Shown here: piece by piece, positions 59,730 through 64,000 of the stretch
How the letters are laid out: every line of letters starts with the position of its first letter
How positions within the stretch are numbered: the first letter of the stretch is position 1
Source of the DNA: Alphaproteobacteria bacterium
GTDB taxonomy: Bacteria > Pseudomonadota > Alphaproteobacteria > UBA828 > JAPUJA01
Length of the DNA: 64,000 nucleotides
Assembly: GCA_965198325.1 (NCBI GenBank)
Contig: CBDAPE010000015.1
Location: 335,158-399,157 of the forward strand
Direction: 5' to 3'
The notes under the pieces: generated by a model
The model's input: only the letters and a program-made list of their open reading frames with translations
Told to the model about the DNA's origin: nothing
Database searches by the model: none
Program-made: the position numbers and the translations under genes

Positions 59730-60875
59730 CTAGCCCACGGCGTCGAGCAGCTTGCGGGCGATAATGACGCGCATGATCTCGCTCGTGCCTTCGAGAATCT
59801 GGTGAACCCGCGCGTCGCGCAGATAGCGCTCGATCGGAAAATCCAACAGATAGCCGTAGCCGCCATGGAGTTGAAGGGCGTCGTTGCAGATATCGAAGCA
59901 GGCATCCGCGGCAAAGCGCTTGGCCATGGCGCAATAGAGCGCCGCGTCGGGGTCCTCGCTGTCAAGCCGGGACGCCGCGCGATAGACCATGAGACGCGCC
60001 GCCTCGAGCCCGGTCGCCATATCGGCGAGCTTGAACTGAAGCGCCTGGAACTGGGCTAGCGCCTTGCCGAACTGCTTACGCTCGCCCAGATAGCCGCGCG
60101 CCGCATCGAGACAGGCCCCGGCAGCGCCGAGCGAACAGGCGGAGATGTTGATCCGCCCGCCATCGAGCCCCTGCATTGCGATGGCAAACCCCTGCCCCTC
60201 GTCGCCGACCCGGTTGGCGACCGGCACGCGGCAATCCTCGAAGATCACCATCGCGGTCGGCTGGCTGTGCCAGCCCAGCTTCTTCTCCTGCTTGCCGAAG
60301 GAGAGCCCGGCCGCGTCTTTCTCGACGGCGAGGCAGGAAATTCCCTTCGGCCCTTCGCCGCCGGTGCGCACCATACAGAGATAGAGATCGGACGCCGAAG
60401 CCCCCGAGATGAACGCCTTCGAACCGTTCAGCACATAGTCGTCGCCGTCACGCACCGCCTGGGTCTTGAGCGCTGCGGCGTCGGAGCCCGCGCCGGGCTC
60501 GGTCAGGCAGTAGCTCGACAGCGCCACCATGCTGGCGAGGTCCGGCAGCCAACGCCGGCGCTGCTCGTCGGCACCGAAGCGGTCGATCATCCAGGCAACC
60601 ATGTTGTGGATGGAGAGGTAGGCCGCCGTCGAAGGACAGCCTCTGGAGAGCTGCTCGAAGATCAGCGCAGACTCGAACCGGGCAAGGTTTGAACCGCCCA
60701 CGTCGTCGCCAACGCAGACCGCCCCGAACCCGAGTGCGGCGGCCTTGCGCAAGGTCTCGACCGGGAAGGTGCAATCTCGGTCCCACGCGGCGGCGAAGGG
60801 CGCCATCTCGGCTTCGGCGAAGTCGCGGGCGACCTGGCGGAAGGCCCGTTGCTCCTCGGTGAGCTCGAAATCCAT
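59730..60875 (-). CDS. Acyl-CoA dehydrogenase (probable isobutyryl-CoA dehydrogenase of valine catabolism)
   Basis: [32 protein letters not shown]... The operon continues with the hydrolase and mmsB. Confidence 0.8.
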   Translation of the reverse strand: MDFELTEEQRAFRQVARDFAEAEMAPFAAAWDRDCTFPVETLRKAAALGFGAVCVGDDVGGSNLARFESALIFEQLSRGCPSTAAYLSIHNMVAWMIDRFGADEQRRRWLPDLASMVALSSYCLTEPGAGSDAAALKTQAVRDGDDYVLNGSKAFISGASASDLYLCMVRTGGEGPKGISCLAVEKDAAGLSFGKQEKKLGWHSQPTAMVIFEDCRVPVANRVGDEGQGFAIAMQGLDGGRINISACSLGAAGACLDAARGYLGERKQFGKALAQFQALQFKLADMATGLEAARLMVYRAASRLDSEDPDAALYCAMAKRFAADACFDICNDALQLHGGYGYLLDFPIERYLRDARVHQILEGTSEIMRVIIARKLLDAVG

Positions 60876-61114
60876 GAGCGCTGTTTTATCCGCTCGCGGC
60901 GGTGAAGCAAAGCCGCGACTTGGGCCATGCCCAAAATTCGCCTGTTGTTCTATCGGTTTAGGGTATTGTGATGCCTCGAAAGGGCACTTAGTATCCGCCG
61001 TTCAATCGCCAAACGTGGCAATCGGGTCCGCCGCCGACACCGGACCGGCAGCCGGAGAGGAGCAGGACGGCTCCATACGAACTAAAAAATCAGCCCACCC
61101 AGGGGGAAATCAAT

Positions 61115-62407
61115 ATGACAGTCAAGAGCACTCACAACGAAACCAACGTTCTGCACGCCGGTTATCGCTGCGACCCCACGACGAACGCCGTGGCCGTTCC
61201 GATCTACCAGACGACGTCCTATCAGTTCGACAGCTCCGAACACGCGGCGAACCTGTTTTCGCTCAAGGAGCTGGGCAACATTTACACCCGGATCATGAAC
61301 CCGACGAACGCGGTGCTCGAGGAGCGCATTGCGACCATCGAGGGCGGGGTTGCCGCGCTTGCCGTGTCATCGGGACAGGCGGCGTCGATGATGGCGATCC
61401 AGAACATCGCTCAGGCCGGCGACAACGTGGTGAGCTCGACCGATCTCTACGGTGGCACCTGGAACCTGTTCGCAAGCTCGCTCAAGCAGATGGGCATCGA
61501 GGTCCGGTTCGTCGACCCCGCGAATCCGGAAGATTTCGCCAAGGCGAGCGACGAGAAGACCCGCTGCTACTACGCCGAGACGCTCCCCAACCCGAAGTTG
61601 CAAGTCTTCCCGATCGCCGAGGTCGCCAAGGTCGGACGCAGGCTCGGTATTCCGCTGATCGTGGACAACACGGCGGCGATCGGGATGTGCCGGCCCCTAG
61701 AGCACGGGTCCGCGATCCTGGCCAGCTCCTGCACGAAATACACCGGCGGGCACGGCAACTCGATCGGTGGCATCATCGTCGACGGCGGCAATTTCGACTG
61801 GGAGAAGCATGCCAAACGCTTCCCGCTGCTCAATGAGCCCGATCCCAGCTACCACGGCGCGGTCTGGACCCAGGCGGTCAAGCCGCTGGGCCCCATCGCC
61901 TACATCATCAAAACACGGGTCACCTTGCTGCGCGACTGCGGCCAGGCAATGAGCCCGTTCAACGCGTTTCTCTTCCTGCAGGGCCTCGAGACCCTGCCGT
62001 TGCGCATGGAGCGCCACTGCTCGAATGCCATGGCCGCTGCCAAATGGCTGAGCAAGCATAAGAAAGTGACGAAAGTCGTCTATCCCGGTTTGATGCGGGG
62101 CAAATACCGTGAGCGCGCCGACAAATATCTCTCGATCGGCTATGGCGGACTCATCGGCTTCCATCTGAAGGGGGGCCGCAAGGCAGGCGACAAGTTCGTC
62201 AACGCCCTGCAGATGTTCTATCACCTGGCTAATATCGGCGACGCCCGGAGCCTGGCAATTCACCCGGCGACGACGACCCATTCCCAGCTTACACCGGACG
62301 AACTCGCGGCATCGGGCGCGCCGGAGGGTTTCGTCCGCCTCTCGATCGGTCTCGAGCATATCGACGATATCCTCGGCGACCTCGAACAAGCCTTGAAGAA
62401 GGCCTAA
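61115..62407 (+). CDS. metY: O-acetylhomoserine aminocarboxypropyltransferase (sulfhydrylase), PLP-dependent
   Basis: 430 aa, Cys/Met-metabolism PLP family. ...SCTKYTGGHG contains the PLP-binding Lys. Confidence 0.8.
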   Translation: MTVKSTHNETNVLHAGYRCDPTTNAVAVPIYQTTSYQFDSSEHAANLFSLKELGNIYTRIMNPTNAVLEERIATIEGGVAALAVSSGQAASMMAIQNIAQAGDNVVSSTDLYGGTWNLFASSLKQMGIEVRFVDPANPEDFAKASDEKTRCYYAETLPNPKLQVFPIAEVAKVGRRLGIPLIVDNTAAIGMCRPLEHGSAILASSCTKYTGGHGNSIGGIIVDGGNFDWEKHAKRFPLLNEPDPSYHGAVWTQAVKPLGPIAYIIKTRVTLLRDCGQAMSPFNAFLFLQGLETLPLRMERHCSNAMAAAKWLSKHKKVTKVVYPGLMRGKYRERADKYLSIGYGGLIGFHLKGGRKAGDKFVNALQMFYHLANIGDARSLAIHPATTTHSQLTPDELAASGAPEGFVRLSIGLEHIDDILGDLEQALKKA

Positions 62408-63427
<1,020 letters not shown>

Positions 63428-63456
63428 GGCCTCGAGAGAGCGAGCACCAGCAATCC

Positions 63457-64000
63457 GTGGCGGACGAGTCGAAACCGGACCCCGGCGAGCCTGGTACGGC
63501 CCCGCCCTCGCGTCCTCCGCCGGTCCGGCGCGGGCCCCGTTCCCTCACGATCTTCGTGGTCGCGGTCGCCGCGATCGCCGCCGGGGTCGGTGCCTGGTTC
63601 GTCACCCCCGGGCCGCCGGAACCGCCGGGCCAGGAAGCCGGCGTCGCGCTCACCGACGCATCCATCGGCGGCCCGTTCAGCCTGATCGATCATCACAGCA
63701 AGCGGGTTAGCGACGCCGATTTCCGCGGCCGTTACATGCTGGTCTTCTTCGGCTTTACCCACTGCCCCGACGTCTGCCCGTCGACCTTGCGGAATATCTC
63801 GCTCGCTCTCGATCATCTCGACCGGGCGGCCGACGAAATCCGGGCCGTCTTCATCACCGTCGACCCCGAGCGGGACGGGCCCGAGGATATGGCCGCCTAT
63901 GTGGAGCTTTTCGATTCCCGCATTCTGGGACTGACGGGCACGCCAGAGGAAATTGTTCAGGCGACCGCCGCATACCGGGTGTTTGCCGCCAAGGTTCCGA
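63457..64000 (+). CDS. SCO1/SenC-family copper chaperone (partial; continues past the window end)
   Basis: GTG start. TM anchor SLTIFVVAVAAIAAGVGAWF. The thioredoxin-like part is ...GPFSLIDHHSKRVSDADFRGRYMLVFFGFTHCPDVCPSTL (CxxxC). Confidence 0.8.
   Translation, partial: MADESKPDPGEPGTAPPSRPPPVRRGPRSLTIFVVAVAAIAAGVGAWFVTPGPPEPPGQEAGVALTDASIGGPFSLIDHHSKRVSDADFRGRYMLVFFGFTHCPDVCPSTLRNISLALDHLDRAADEIRAVFITVDPERDGPEDMAAYVELFDSRILGLTGTPEEIVQATAAYRVFAAKVP

Overview
High-GC bacterial chromosomal segment. Gene order looks alphaproteobacterial (plsX-fabH-ihfA-merR, rpiB-glyA-nrdR-ribD-ribE-ribH-nusB-thiL, MucR/Ros, H+-PPase). The first ~14 kb is an accessory mosaic with several parts. A roughly 6-kb, visibly lower-GC insert is bracketed by a duplicated 98-bp junction. 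That insert carries an IS-transposase fragment between perfect 188-bp direct repeats, a SnoaL-like protein, an orphan PotD/PotF-like binding protein, and an 864-aa N,N-dimethylformamidase-large-subunit-like protein. The insert splits what looks like an N-demethylation module. That module is a 2Fe-2S/FNR reductase (147-1175), a Rieske oxygenase (8400-9572) and an OYE+FAD flavoprotein (11830-13791). Downstream is a decayed IS21 remnant with a nested degenerate IS256 transposase. The rest is mostly housekeeping: panBC, hspQ-gpx, tRNA-Pro(GGG), ihfA, fabH, plsX, rpmF, bamE, hppA, the riboflavin cluster, glyA, the LIV ABC transporter, a valine-catabolism operon, gcdH, metY, hemB and SCO. Islands of interest inside it are listed below. 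(1) An AmmeMemoRadiSam system with a fused Memo-AMMECR1 gene divergent from the radical-SAM gene. (2) A glutamine-synthetase-family gene next to tandem PhyH-type dioxygenase paralogs, one frameshifted. (3) A Usp + DnaJ-paralog pair flanked by two OMP beta-barrel paralogs, one frameshifted. (4) A DUF427 gene with an in-frame TAG at a conserved Trp codon. (5) A precisely bounded IS630 element inserted at the bamE stop codon. (6) A long inverted repeat and a small membrane-protein ORF in the leader of an Fe-alcohol dehydrogenase gene. No CRISPR array was seen. All calls rest on reading motifs in the translated ORFs. No database search was run.
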